Shown here: in pieces, positions 38,701 to 51,751 of the stretch | Position numbering within the stretch: position 1 is the stretch's first letter | How the letters are laid out: each line of letters begins with the position of its first letter | DNA from: Octopus bimaculoides | Taxonomy: Eukaryota | Assembly (NCBI RefSeq): GCF_001194135.2 | Contig: NC_068986.1 | Span: forward strand, 111,122,761-111,186,760 | DNA length: 64,000 nt | Reading direction: 5' to 3' | Position numbers and translations under genes: made by a program | Notes under the pieces: generated by a model | Seen by the model: only the letters and a program-made list of their open reading frames with translations | Database searches by the model: none | Told to the model about the DNA's origin: nothing

Positions 38701-38868
38701 CAAAAGCGATGTGCGTTTTGGGATTGAGTTGTTCGACTAAAACCTTCAAGGTGGCGCCACAGTCCAATAAAACAAGTAAAAGAATAAACATGTTGCATGT
38801 GCTTGTGTGTGTGTGTGTGGGAGGGGTCGTATGCGTGTGTGTATTCCCACACAAAAGTACAGAAACAC
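38701..38868 (+). repeat. 168-bp direct repeat, copy 2
   Basis: Identical by eye to 37366-37533 (offset 1335). Confidence 0.9.
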
Positions 38869-40645
38869 GTATGTTTGGTATCACAAAAATGGAAAAATTA
38901 GGGCAATACATATGTATGTGTACGTTCTTATTTGTTTTTTTTTTCTGCTGTTGTGGAGTCATTTTTGTATTTTACTTTATGTCGATGACTAAAATAAGCT
39001 CAATAAATTTATTTTTCAGTTTTTATTGTTGCATGAAACTGCATATAGAAACAATTTTGTCTAAGTATTCAAGAGAATTGATGACAGTGGTAGAATTCAA
39101 AGAAATATAACGAAATTTCTTTTGATATCTCTCACATGAAAAGGTAAGAAGGGGAAATAATTTGACAGGGTTTTGTTTAAGAAGTCAAACAGCTACATTC
39201 TATTCACAGAACAAATGTATAGATTATACTATTTATAGCTATTCAACTTACGAGTTTCAATAATTGAATTAAATTGATTTGCATAGATAATACTTTACTA
39301 ACCGTTAATTCAATTAATTAATTGTTACTTAGGAGGACATGTCCACAGAGAAATAATTTATATTTGTGCAGCTTTCATAGCCTTAAAACTGCAAAACATT
39401 AAGTTCAGTTTAATATGCATTTAAAGTTATTCGTACATGCTGTTTAAAGCAATAAAATGTGTGTGCTTGTGCACGTATGCGCGTAATTGTGCGTGTGTAT
39501 GAGTTTTGATGTGTGTGTGCTTCATATAATGTGCAGGTCGCATTTCAAAATATAGTCCAAGTTAATCCGAATGTCCCTGTAGACAACATGGACATTTATG
39601 ATTAAAAAAAATGCATAAGAAAGTTGTGTATTTCTATTTATTTAATCATTTCATTCATACAATATTTCATCCCAAATTTAGAAGAGAGAGAGGAGGAAAA
39701 AAATCGCATCTGACAGGTGTATTGTTGTCTGTAGAAATCTAATTTCCTTTTGCAACAAACAACTTGCTCTGTGAATGGCATCAACATTTTTTAATATCCG
39801 AACATAGAAGAAAAAAAAACTTAAATATGATGTATTATGAATGGAATATTAGATCATATGCATTGAAACCAATATTCCTATAGAAATTTGTAGATAAATT
39901 AAATATATAACTAACATGTGATAGATAAATTAAATATCTAACACCTAACTAAAATTAATAAGAAATGAGTTTCCTAATTAATCAATAAATATCAACCACT
40001 TGTATTATATTATTTTTTATGTTATATTCATTACATTATATTAGAGTATATTATATTAATCATATTTCACTACTCTCTGCCGTGTTATACTACATTATAT
40101 TAACTTTCGTGTACACTGGTGTCAATATGTATTATTAGCTCGTTTACACTTATCGACTTGCTAGCCCATAGCACCTTGATATGGATAGGTACCATGAGGT
40201 GGTTCTTCACAACACAATTCTATTACTATAGGAAAGAGAACTGTTAACTCTTACGATAATGTTGATAATGACTGCATAGTCTAATAAACAGTATATGCTA
40301 ATGAGAAATATTAAATATTAAATGCACACATGATTGCTTTATGTATTTTGATACAGATTGTGACTACGTACCTGGTTGTGTCTCTCGACGTTTGCTGCAC
40401 TCATCTTCATCAGAATTTCGTCTCACGGTGTCAGATAAATGCGGAAAAAACATCAACTCGATATCAGTTGATCAATACACTAACAGGAAGACATGTACGT
40501 TGCCAATAAGACAAAGAATATGTGAGAAAAGTCATCATATAGAAACGAACCAAAATAACATCATGTGTGGGCAGGCTTCGGAGACGATTTTGAAGGCCTA
40601 TCTAGATGTCAGTAGTGACGGATATGTTGGTCAATAAAATACATA

Positions 40646-40856
40646 AGGCGGAATGTCTATAGAGCCGTTAGCGCACAGGACAAAATGCTCAGCGGTATTT
40701 CGTCCGCCTTAAGTTCTGAGTTCAAATTACGCCAGGGTCAACATTACCTTTCATCCTTTAGGGGTCGATGGAATAAGTACCATTTACGCACTGGGATCGC
40801 TGAAATCGACTTGTCCCATCCTGAAAAATGTCAGGTCTTGTGCCTATAGTACAAAA
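40646..40856 (+). mobile_element. tRNA-derived SINE, family B
   Basis: AGGCGG...AAAATGCTCAGCGGTATTTCGTC...TTCTGAGTTCAAATTACGCC (B-box)...CCTTTCATCCTTTAGGGGTCGAT...GTACCATTTACGCACTGGGATCG; homologues at 42824, 51752 and 60330. Confidence 0.8.
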
Positions 40857-40857
40857 C

Positions 40858-41275
40858 CTGGAATGCTGTCAGGCGCTCACAGCCATCTGCCAGTTGGGCA
40901 ATGGTATATGTGGCTGTTTCGCTTTAGAAATTTATAGAGGATTAGTGGTGGGGTATTGTGATGTCGTTCTCGGTGAGACTCTGTGTGCCGACCAGAACGA
41001 ACTGGCTAGTTTTTTTTTATGGAGGACTTTCCGTCAAGAACGATCATGGTTAATTTCCAGATGTCCTTGGTCTGGCAGTGCTACCTTTCAGTGCCCGGCC
41101 ATTGCTGACTTGTGGGATTATGTGGAACAACTGTTGCCACGTGTGGGGCGGATCCGTCTGCCAGCCGAGTCTGTAGTGAGGATTGCTCCGCTGTCCTCTT
41201 TCATCGGGCAGGCAAGGTAGTTTTCCTGTGCCTGGTGGCTGTAGCGAAAGAGGCTGTTTGGTGGACAACTGGTTA
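40858..41275 (+). mobile_element. L1/Tx1-clade LINE ORF2 C-terminal remnant, internally deleted
   Basis: YRGLVVGYCDVVLGETLCADQNELASFF..RTF...QCPAIADLWDYVEQLLPRVGRIRLPAESVVRIAPLSSF and GKVVFLCLVAVAKEAVWWT: the post-zinc-knuckle region of L1/Tx1 ORF2 with most of the knuckle deleted. Confidence 0.7.
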
Positions 41276-41430
41276 CGGTCAAACAACTGACGAGTAAATC
41301 TGTGATATTGAGCAAACTATTTGCTGTAGCCCATCTTTTATACCAAGGCAAAACAATGTTCATGATAACACTTCCAATCATTTAAAGCCACGAAAGCCAT
41401 GAAAGCTACTGCCCCGTACTGCGTCAGGGC

Positions 41431-41431
<1 letters not shown>

Positions 41432-41474
<43 letters not shown>
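41432..41474. repeat. (TTA/TAA)n array at the 3' end of the R4/Dong element
   Basis: Seen directly. Confidence 0.95.
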
Positions 41475-41477
<3 letters not shown>

Positions 41478-42595
41478 GAAACCTCAGTTTATTTTGCTGG
41501 GTATGACAGAAGTGTCAGCTGTCCACAGCCAGCAACTAAGGTAACACTTGTTTACTCGTCTTGCTTCAAGAACCCTGCGAAGAATTCTTCCAGTTACAAG
41601 CAATGCTAATTTTTGTAGGTGTTCTACCTTCACACTTGTACGAATCCTTTTCAGCTGTGTTGGTAGCCGAGTGCTGATACCTCCAAGTGCTCAATTACTT
41701 TTGGTATCACGTCTACTCTCTTCATTGATCTCAACGTTCGTATTTCCCACTTGAAAATGTCATAGTTGTTTATGTTTTCCTCTTTCACATTGATCCCGTG
41801 CCACCAGGGCATGTTATGTCGATTATCATATATGTTCTTCCTTTATTAATCACCACAACAATGTCCGTTTTCCACTATCTAGTTGGGTGACCACACTGGA
41901 TCATTGCATCCAATAGGATTGTGTAATTCTCCTTTCCGGTGACTCCATCTAGAGTTTGCGCATATCACATCTTTGCTCTTCGTAGGCCGTAATTTCGACA
42001 GAGTTCCCAATGGATCATTCTTGCCACATTAGCATGGAGTCTTTTGTATTGGTGTTGTGCCACTTTCGAACATTCGCTAACGATGTGCCATACAGTTTCA
42101 CCCCTCTCACCACACATTCTTCATTTGTCGCTATCTGTAGCGTTGTCTATTCTGCACTTTATATAATTGGTCCTTAACGCTTTTTTCCTGAGCTGCGCAT
42201 ATGAATCCTTCTGTCTCTATCGTCAGGTCACTCCTCCTCTTCATCCAGAATCAGCGGTCCTCTTTATCTGTCTTGGAGTTCACATCTCTTCCAAACTGAC
42301 CGTACATTTCTTTTCCTTCCATGCTTTTTCTTTTTGTTCATTTCTTGTTGAAATTTTTCTTTAGTTACACAATTTTCAATTTTGATGGAGCCGGCCTTCT
42401 TCGTGTGTTTCAACCGTGGCTCCATGGTGTTCTTTATATTCCATTCTAGGCTGTTTTCCTCTCCTTCAGTACAGTCCTGGCAATTGATGAAATATCACCA
42501 ATCCTTTCTTTTGGACAACTACAGCCTATCGGAGTTACTCTTCGGCTAGAAGTTTTCGTGTCCAGTCAGAGTTTCTGGTCTTTGTATCCATTTTC
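41475..42595 (-). mobile_element. R4/Dong-clade non-LTR retrotransposon, family B, 5'-truncated, with 3' UTR
   Basis: Minus strand: WKEK.MYGQF..D...SDLTIETEGFICAAQE..LRTNY..RIDN...DK*RMCGERGETVWHIVSECSKVAQHQYKRLHANVARMIHWELC...KTDIVVV..IIDITCP...VEHLQKLALLVTGRILRRVLE, then AAATAAACTGAGG and (TAA)n. Confidence 0.9.
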
Positions 42596-42596
42596 T

Positions 42597-42810
42597 TCAC
42601 ATTCTGTATTTGTCGCTATCGGTAGTGTTATCAGTTCTGCACTTCATGTAATTCGTCCGTAATGGTTGTTCTTGAGCTGCGCATATAATGTGCTTCTGTC
42701 TCTATCCTCAGGTCACTCCTCCTCATCCATAGATACCGGTCCTTTCTATCTATCTTGGCGTTCACATCTCTTGCAAACTAACCGTACATGTTTTTCCTTC
42801 CATGCTTTAT
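42597..42810 (-). mobile_element. Second, diverged R4/Dong family B fragment in tandem
   Basis: Repeats 42115-42330 (ATTTGTCGCTATC...GAGCTGCGCATAT...CAGGTCACTCCTCCTC...TTCCTTCCATGCTTT) with many substitutions. Confidence 0.85.
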
Positions 42811-42823
42811 TATTTATTTTTTT

Positions 42824-42995
42824 GACAAAATGCTTAGTGGCGTTTCGTCCGTCTTTATGTTCTCAGTTCAAATTCCGCCAAAGTGGACTTTACCTTTCAT
42901 TCTTCCAAGTTCGAGAAAATAAATATCAGTTGAGCACTAGGGTCAATGTTATCGACTAAATCCTTCCCACTAAAGTTCAGGCCTTCTGTCTAAAG
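42824..42995 (+). mobile_element. SINE family B, 5'-truncated
   Basis: AAAATGCTTAGTGGCGTTTCGTCC...TCAGTTCAAATTCCGCC...CCTTTCATTC...AGTTGAGCACTAGGGTCAATG. Confidence 0.75.
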
Positions 42996-45683
42996 AAACG
43001 AACCAGATGTTTGGATCAAGTGATCCTGTTTGAGGTTAGTGAAAACTTTCGTTCAAATATGCTTATGAGGACGACGACAATGATCATAATGGGCTTTTAA
43101 ACTTATTCAGTCTGGATCGAAAAAGCATAGGACTATCGCGCGTTTGAATACGAGATTGTGAGTATAACACTACTTATTATTAGACTCATTTTTTTCTGAT
43201 CTTGTGTTCTATTATTTGATTATGTAATTAATTAACTGCTCAATTAGTATAATAAATATTCTGTCAATCAATTAACTAACCAGTCCCGACCTTCCCAGGA
43301 TACAACAAAATAATTTTCAATACACGAGTTCACATAAATAATCTCCCAAATCAAAAAAAAAAACAAAACAAATATGGGTATACTTTTTTCTTTGGTTATC
43401 AAATTCGTGAATTCACATGCGAATTGTATCGGTGGGGTTCACTTACCTGCTTATCTACAGAGTTTCATCTATTTTTAGTAATACACCGAATAACATGGAT
43501 CGAATGTAGCAATTGATATTGACGGTTCTCTATCTTTCAAGAAGAGGAAATTATTGTAATTCAAACTATATATGTTTTTCATGACATTTAGCTTTAGTTC
43601 TATATGTTCAAGTGATAATATACTGTGATCATACCACCGATATATTGTCTCATATGCCTTGCTAGTGTTAAGACTTTAAGGAGAGAGAGCTAAGAGCGAT
43701 TCAGCTGTTATTTCTATACGAGATAAAGCAACTGTGCAGACATTTTCTCATTGCGTCGAAAAGTGATGTTCTCTGAGTTTTGTAGGTGTATTTTGAGGGA
43801 AATATGGCAATAGTTTCTAACAAGCTGATTGGATTCATAGCTCTCCCCATTTTTTGATGGTGTTGTAGGGGTGTCGTCAAGCGCGAATGATCTTTATTGT
43901 GTACTCAACGGGGACCACACGTATTTGTCTTTCACTTTTAAGCAGAAAGGAATGCAGTGGACATCAACACGTGCAGGTTATGTGACACTACTGAGTAGTG
44001 TGGTAACCTCAAGTAGGAAACTAAAAGAAATGTTTGCAGCAGAATGGACTTCAAAACAATGCACTTAAATTGCCTGTTATCATTTTAAACCCGGCGATGG
44101 ATTAGGGTTGTAACTCCAGTAGACTATGAGAGGATTTGATCATTGAACGCAAATTGATGGAGAAAAAAAAAGCGTAATATATCTTCTTCCACATTTTGTC
44201 AATTCTGCTCACACACCACGTTACATTATTTTTTTTTTAATCGACTCTCAAATAATAAAGGCAAATTTAATCTAGTCGGGTTTCGAACATCAGAGCATCA
44301 GAACAAATACCCCACCCTTGTTTAACCAATTCTCCATCAACTCTGCCAAATGGCTGCTTATTTGCTTTTATATGAACATCTAATTTGTCTCTTCTGCACT
44401 CAGCATCCGATTTTTTAAACTAAAACTTTTCATTTTGTTGTTCATTTTTTTTAACAACCAACTACATATCGTTGACGTAATACTTCACTAAATGCCACTT
44501 AATGTTAGCAATTTTTTTCTACTTATTTATCTCTTCTTAATGACGAGCAACTAATAGAAAATATATTTTCGAATCGATTAATTACGAAAAGCATAACGAA
44601 CGAAGAGAAAATAGTGGAAAAAAAAATCAAGTGAAACAATTAAAAATCACCAAGTTTTATTCGCTACACATTATAGAAATCAAAATGGTTATTTCAAAAA
44701 TAGCATAGCAATATTGATTTATAGCATAATACAAGTAGATATTTTCCATTCTTATAAGATTGTTCAGCATAGATATTTTGGCTTTAGATTTCTCTCATTG
44801 GACAGCGTAATGTCAGTCAATTTATTTCTTACTGCTCATTAAAAATGCTTTTAAAACCTAGTGAGTTCCCTATAAGCAACAGGCAATTTCCTCGTCCAAT
44901 CACAACTGAAAACGGGTTTTGGCTTCTTAGTTACAACATTATCTACTCAAATTACGTCGTTTATGACGTAGGGAGAAAATACGAACATAGCAACTGGCTG
45001 TTCCCTATTTTCTCCTCGATACAGCAGGAGAAATTTAGCGCCCTTTCGTGGCAAGGTCAGCAGCTTCATTAAATGCAGTTAGAAATGTGCCTCCGCAAAC
45101 CTACTGCATAATAAGATGTTGTATCTTCTTGAAGTTTGTAATTCAAAAGAAAGGCCAGCAGTACATTTGCTCTTCAGAATGCTTGTCATACCGATATTAA
45201 TTTGCTTCTATTTATTTTATCAAAATACAATGCTACCAGAATATTTTACAACACAGATTAGTCAGTATTGTGTTCGCAATAAATCATATATTGTAATCTA
45301 TCTCATATGAAAAGCAAAGTTGAGAGAAACGGAAGGCGTTGATTTGATAACTATCCGCATAACACGGAACATCCACCGACACTTAAAAGTTAAAGAAACA
45401 CACGCACAACTAGAGAAACGAAGGACACTCTGAATATGCTGTGATGGATAGATTGTGAGCAAATATCTGGGGTAGTCATAGCTGGAGCATTCTAATAGTA
45501 GTTCTGCCGGATAAGAGTTACACTAGAGATAAGCACTGAAACCATCAAACCACTAGTAAGTCTAGTTCTAGTTGTTAGAATGAGCAACTCCTAGATAGCA
45601 CAGACAATACTCTGCTGACTCATAAATTCGAGACATTGATGGGATTAATATTAAAACGAAATAGAAAGTGGGGCTGAAGAAAT

Positions 45684-45775
45684 ATGATGGAGGCTGGTAA
45701 GGCTCTAATAATATCGTTACTGAAGTACGACTTAATTGATTTGATAATTGTATCTGAATGTAGAAAAAAGTCCTT
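45684..45775 (+). mobile_element. Possible AP-endonuclease motif I remnant of an RTE/CR1-like LINE
   Basis: MMEAGKALIISLLKYDLIDLIIVSECRK resembles TMYEAGK..QI..EM.KY.IDILG.SE.RW; short and weak. Confidence 0.3.
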
Positions 45776-46104
45776 CTCAGAATTACAACTAATAGAAAAA
45801 CTATCATTAATGTGCCTGCTACATCTAGGTGAGATTGTACAGCGAACTGGAAGTGTTTGCTCCATGGACATATAGATGGGTCAATCACTGTTAGAACTGG
45901 GGTTTTTGACCTCACCGTTGATAATCTTATACGTTATGTAATTAGAAAGCAGCAGCTATTATTTTGGATAAGGAATATGCAATATAGATAAGAAAAAATG
46001 GACGAAAAGAGTTCCTGATGGGAAAATTGTATTCCATTTTTTCCCAAACTTTTCCTTTCTCCAAAATCGTGGATTTGCAGAATTGTCATGATGTCGGACA
46101 AAAC

Positions 46105-46200
46105 AATCGGAATCATCTTTGCCTTTCATCACTTAGGTGATGATAATATAAAGTACCAGTCATGTACTGGGAGGCGATATAATTGATTTTCCCGTTGCTG
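46105..46200 (+). mobile_element. SINE family B internal fragment
   Basis: CTTTGCCTTTCATCACTTAGGTGATGATAATATAAAGTACCAGTCATGTACTGGGAGGCGATATAATTGA matches the family B body. Confidence 0.5.
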
Positions 46201-47099
46201 GCCTTCAACCCTGTAACAGTTCGACCTTGCGTTCAGCAAGGTCCGTTGTGATCTTAGTCACTTAGATATCATAGAAACCGGAGACCAGGCTTTATGAGTC
46301 ATAAGGCTCGAGAGAAAACAAATTCAATCATATGGCCATCATAACGGAAGCACCTACATGATTATAGACCATCATGTCAAATATATTGTTTATCATAGTT
46401 CGGTTGTTATCTCTCCTTGTATTTGATCACAACATTTTTTACATAGGACATAGGCATATTACATGACATTCGAATTCGTAGATAACTTTTGATTAGAAGT
46501 GAAACGATTGTTTGTGCAAATATTTACCCAACTAACGAAACTACACCTACACGAGATATAAGATATAGAAGAGAATGTACTTATGAAATATTTCGTTTAA
46601 GAATAATATTTTTAGAGTGCTCTACTTCTAGGTTGGATTAAGGGCTGATATATATTCTAATTTTGTCTCTTAATACAGGAAATGTGGTGATTATATTAAT
46701 ATAGATTCTTCATCCAATGTGCTCAGGTTGTAAACATGGCTTAAATATACTGGAGATAATAGAGTCATTTTAAGATGTATACATTTATACATTTAACTTA
46801 TAACGTGGAACGTTGCATAAAAATCAGACAACTCACTTACACGCACGCACGTTAGAAAATACTCTTATCAACTTATGCGCATACGTGTGTTTGCTTACGC
46901 GTGTTTCTCCCTCTCTGTCTGTCTGTCTCTCTCCCCACTCTCTACCTTTTCTCTCCCTCCCGATCCCTACCTTTCTCTCTCTCCTTCTATCTCCTCTGCT
47001 CTCTATCTTACTCTCTCTCTCTCCCTTTCTCGCTCTCTCTCTTCCTCTTTATATGTATGTATATGTATATATATATGTATGTATCTATCTATCTATCTA

Positions 47100-47138
<39 letters not shown>

Positions 47139-47211
47139 ATATATATATATATATATATACGTTAATATTTAACATCTGCAGATCAGGTCATCAGATGCTA
47201 AACATCACATG

Positions 47212-47730
47212 CCTGTCTATCTCTGACCTCACACATCAGCAAAATCATGATGGAATGTACTGTCAGAAAATAGCTGATCACGTTCCTAGAAGAAATTGAC
47301 TTACTGACACGCAACATGTCTTCCGTCCAGGAAAGAACTCTCTCATACAACCAACAGAGCAGTACGACGGAATAGTAAAGAAGTTCAATCATGAAAATAT
47401 GGCTGTGATATATCTCGACTTTGCAAATGCTTTCAATATAGTTCATTACGAGCTGCGTGAACTCGGCATAATTGGAAATCTAGCGGGATGACTGGGTGAC
47501 GTTTTGAAATGTAGAAGTCCGGCAGCTGCCACCGATGGTACTCTCTTCTTATTGGAATCCACTTGGATCTGCGTTGGGGCCACTGCTATTTGCGATGGAT
47601 GGCGGACTCTCAGCCACTCTTCCCAACCTCACTGACGATACATAACTATTACTGAGTGTAACCAACTCTGATAATAAGGAAATACTTCAGAAACAGGTGA
47701 ACGCAATATACAAGTGCAGTGAAGAAGGAA
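47212..47730 (+). mobile_element. CR1-clade LINE reverse transcriptase remnant
   Basis: ISLTSHISKIMME; DTQHVFRPGKNSLIQ..EQYD; VIYLDFANAFNIVH (47405-47445); GSALGPLLF (about 47565); DDT* (47635). RT motifs in order, with frameshifts and deletions. Confidence 0.85.
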
Positions 47731-50700
47731 AATATTATGTTATTCTTTCTTTCAGTAAACAAAGAAAGTTTTATCAGAGTACACAGTCTCGGGGATAATT
47801 ATTGCAATCCCAGAATTAAAATCGTTGTGTTCCTGGGAATCCACATGAGCAATGATTCCGTTTATGTACTATTGGTTTGGCAGTAATGTTGAAATGACTG
47901 GCTGGTTGGATTTGTTGATCATTGAGAACAATGTCATAAGAATTAATGTTTGTAATTTGGTAATCATTTGACCTCGTCACTTGGGCTATTGCTCCCATTA
48001 AAAGGTCATGACATGGTGGCAAATTGTCAAAGACATAAATATTACTGCAAATAAGTTTGCTTCAGTGTAGAATATGAGATTCAGTGAGGCGCTAAAAGAA
48101 TTGTCTCTATTGCCTAGAGCGAAGACATGCAAGATATGCAGTTAAAATATATACATATAACTGTGTGTACTTGTGTGTATGATTCTCTCCCTCTCTTCCT
48201 CTTTCTCTTCCTCTCTTTGTATGAATATGCATATACCATATGCATATACCAAGACACCGGATTATTTCACTTTGCAATCGAAACAGCTTACAGTTCAAGA
48301 GCTCACAGACTTTCAATACTTTCTAAGAAAAAAAAAAGACGAAATTTCTGAGGTGTACATGTTATTGTGTATGAACAGCTATCATAGAAAGAAAAGTAAA
48401 TACGGGTGGCCTCGTCGAAGACACTGATCCATCAGAAACAAATATAGATGAAGACGCAAGGGGGTTAAATGAAATTAACTCTCGATCTCACCAAAAACGC
48501 GGCCCAGCCTGGTCACAACGTGTCTCCATCTTAATTTTAGTCATAGCGCAAAATTTATTGAATTTTAGTCATATCGCAAGGCAGTCCCATGTGTGTGTGT
48601 GTGTCTTTGCAATTTTATTAGAACACATTCGAGTTATTTTAGCAAATAAATGAAATGTAACCAGCTTCTTCAAGGCAAAAATATATACGAGATATTTTGC
48701 GTGCTAGGAATAGTATCAGCATTAAAATTTCGAAAGTCATATTTTGTAATGTAATCCTAATTGAAATGCGTCTACAGAAAAGACTGCACGGTCACGACTG
48801 AAAACAGCGCGAACATCAAAATCCCCTCAAATGCCATTTATTTGAAAGATATATTTTCTGCCACAGTGTAGTTGGCAATTCCATTTCTTTCAATTGTACA
48901 ATATTTTCTACACGAACACAATTATAAGCGTCTGTCTGGTAGCGTCTAAGTATAACAACTAAATCTATAATCTACGCTGAGGATCACATGAGAGAAACTA
49001 GTTCCCGATATAAACCATGTTAGCGCGTGGAGATACGGCAGGAATATTTTCGATCTTAGGTCTAATTGACCTTGATTAAGCAATAAAAAAAAAGGAAAAG
49101 AAACACTGTTTAATGACGAATGGAACCTTTGCATAATGGAATAAAATTTCAAGATCATGAAATCGACATGTAAGATAGAGACTTGTGTGAAAGTTTAGTA
49201 AATACGGCCTGGATTCGACTGGAGCTAAGGAAACCTTGTTACAGTCATCACCACTGTACGAATAACACTAATAACAATCGTCTGATTCACTTCCAACCTG
49301 AAGAAAAGGTTGTAGATCATCGAATGCACCAATTGATCCTGTTAACTTACATTGTCTCGACTTTCTCCTGTTCTCCTTCCCGAGAATTCTCTTCTAATTG
49401 TTTCTTCTTAGAATGAAGCCCTCTATGTGTGTGTATACACACACACACTGATATATATATATATATATATATATATANNNNNNNNNNNNNNNNNNNNNNN
49501 NNNNNNNNNNNNNNNNNNNNNNNNNNNNNNNNNNNNNNNNNNNNNNNNNNNNNNNNNNNNNNNNNNNNNNNNNNNNNNNNNNNNNNNNNNNNNNNNNNNN
49601 NNNNNNNNNNNNNNNNNNNNNNNNNNNNNNNNNNNNNNNNNNNNNNNNNNNNNNNNNNNNNNNNNNNNNNNNNNNNNNNNNNNNNNNNNNNNNNNNNNNN
49701 NNNNNNNNNNNNNNNNNNNNNNNNNNNNNNNNNNNNNNNNNNNNNNNNNNNNNNNNNNNNNNNNNNNNNNNNNNNNNNNNNNNNNNNNNNNNNNNNNNNN
49801 NNNNNNNNNNNNNNNNNNNNNNNNNNNNNNNNNNNNNNNNNNNNNNNNNNNNNNNNNNNNNNNNNNNNNNNNNNATATATATATATATAAAAACACTAAG
49901 CAACCAACGTCTGGCGCAGTGTGTTATTTCTGATCGCTATCTTATTTCCCGTTTACAATTTTGATTCTGTGTAACATTTTTTCGCTTTTTTTCTTTATCA
50001 AACACAGTTTCTCTATTTAAAGACGAAATAAAAAGACTAATTTTATTTTCATAGCGGAAGTTGAGAGGCGAAATAATAAGTATCCCACAGAACGTCATAA
50101 AATCATTACCGCCCTACCATCTTGCACCAATATTTCACTCTGAACGTTGTGATTCACTGACCTTATCCTCCTTGCTTCTCTAATAAAATGATCACCATAA
50201 TTATTATATATAGTTATGAATATATAATCTAGCATCGAATGTTGAGTACTTTGTGTGAGAAAGTGTTGTTTTTTAATTGTTTTATTTGATTTTATTGCAT
50301 TTTTAATGTTTTGTATATAATCTTTTGATCCCCGAGACAGATAACGGGGGAATTTTATGGGAGATAAAAGAAAGAGCGAAGAATATGATGTTTGTTGACT
50401 ATGTATGTGATAAACTGCAGACAAAAATAGCATTAATGCAAATATCAAGACAGAAAAGAAAGATGGTATCAGTTAGAAAGAAATGTAATGAGATTTTACA
50501 AAGGAAGTTGTTATCGTCGTAAATATCACCATTAATAGAATTTATTGTAAAGCAAAGCTTTTTAAAAAGTAAATTGGTATTAGTTATTTTTAGTTTTGGT
50601 TGAGGGAGCCTAGCATTAAATTACCAACAGATATTGTATTCTGAAATCAGTGAATGTGACAAAGGCAATTTGAAAACAATGTATAATGTTTAGAAAATAT

Positions 50701-51751
50701 ACCGAGGTTAAAAGTCGCGAGTTATCCAACCTAAAGATTTGTAACTAAATACAACGTTCTTTGTATATCTTTTTTAAGAATTATACTTTTATGCTATTTA
50801 TAATACTGTTCTTTACTGTCTTAATACCACATTTCCATGAACAGATTTAGTCGTCTTTGAAGATTCGATCCTATGAAGCGGAATATAGTCAAAGTCCGTT
50901 GTTCAATATTGTAGTTGCATATCGAGTACTGTCAGTTCTTAAAATGTTACTTATAGTCGTTGTGTAGCGAGTTTCAGAGAAGTTCCTGCATTATTGTAAT
51001 TCTTCTTTCAATAGTCAATCAATCACACTTGAGCTTATAGAATCGTCATTCAGCACAGCAAACACTAGCTTCTCTATTTTATCTTGATCGTGAACATGTT
51101 TTAAAAAAACGCAAATGCCATGCTTATGTCTTTACTCTTATGTTTTCACACTTAAATGCGATCAACAGACTAGATCTAAGGCGCGTAGTGATATGAGATA
51201 TCCTAAGTAAGAAAATAGTTCGAATGGTTGCAATCCTAATGATTTCGACCGGAAATCCTTTAAGACATTTGTTGAATAAAAACATAGCATAAGAAAAAAA
51301 TCAGCCTAATAAAGGTTGAGTTTCAGGGGAAACAATGGCGTTACCCGTGAGTCAAGAAATATTGTTAAAAGCAATCCTCTACACACGTATCCTACTTGAA
51401 AAACTTTGGACAGGCATTAGAAAATGTAGCACTAAATATATATGACAAGTTTAAGTCGTGAGGATCACATCTGTAATTTCATTGGGAAGAAATATTTAGG
51501 ATTAGAAAACCTAGGATAACCAGAATACAAGGAATTATTAAAAGCTGTCGTTAATCGATACATGACGGTTATAGTTCTAGACTGGTTAATATATTGTATT
51601 GTTCCTGTATATATGAAAAGCAAAGGATCACCACAGAAGGATTTTGAATGCTATGTATAAAGGTCAGAAATAAGAACCGCATGGAATTTTGTCAGATACG
51701 CTAACGTTTCTCCTAAAGTATTGTCTTTGAGAACAATTACGTAAACGCTGA

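Noticed and set aside
43389-43400. TCTTTGGTTATC, the first 12 nt of miR-9
   Set aside because: Diverges after 12 nt and no precursor hairpin is visible.
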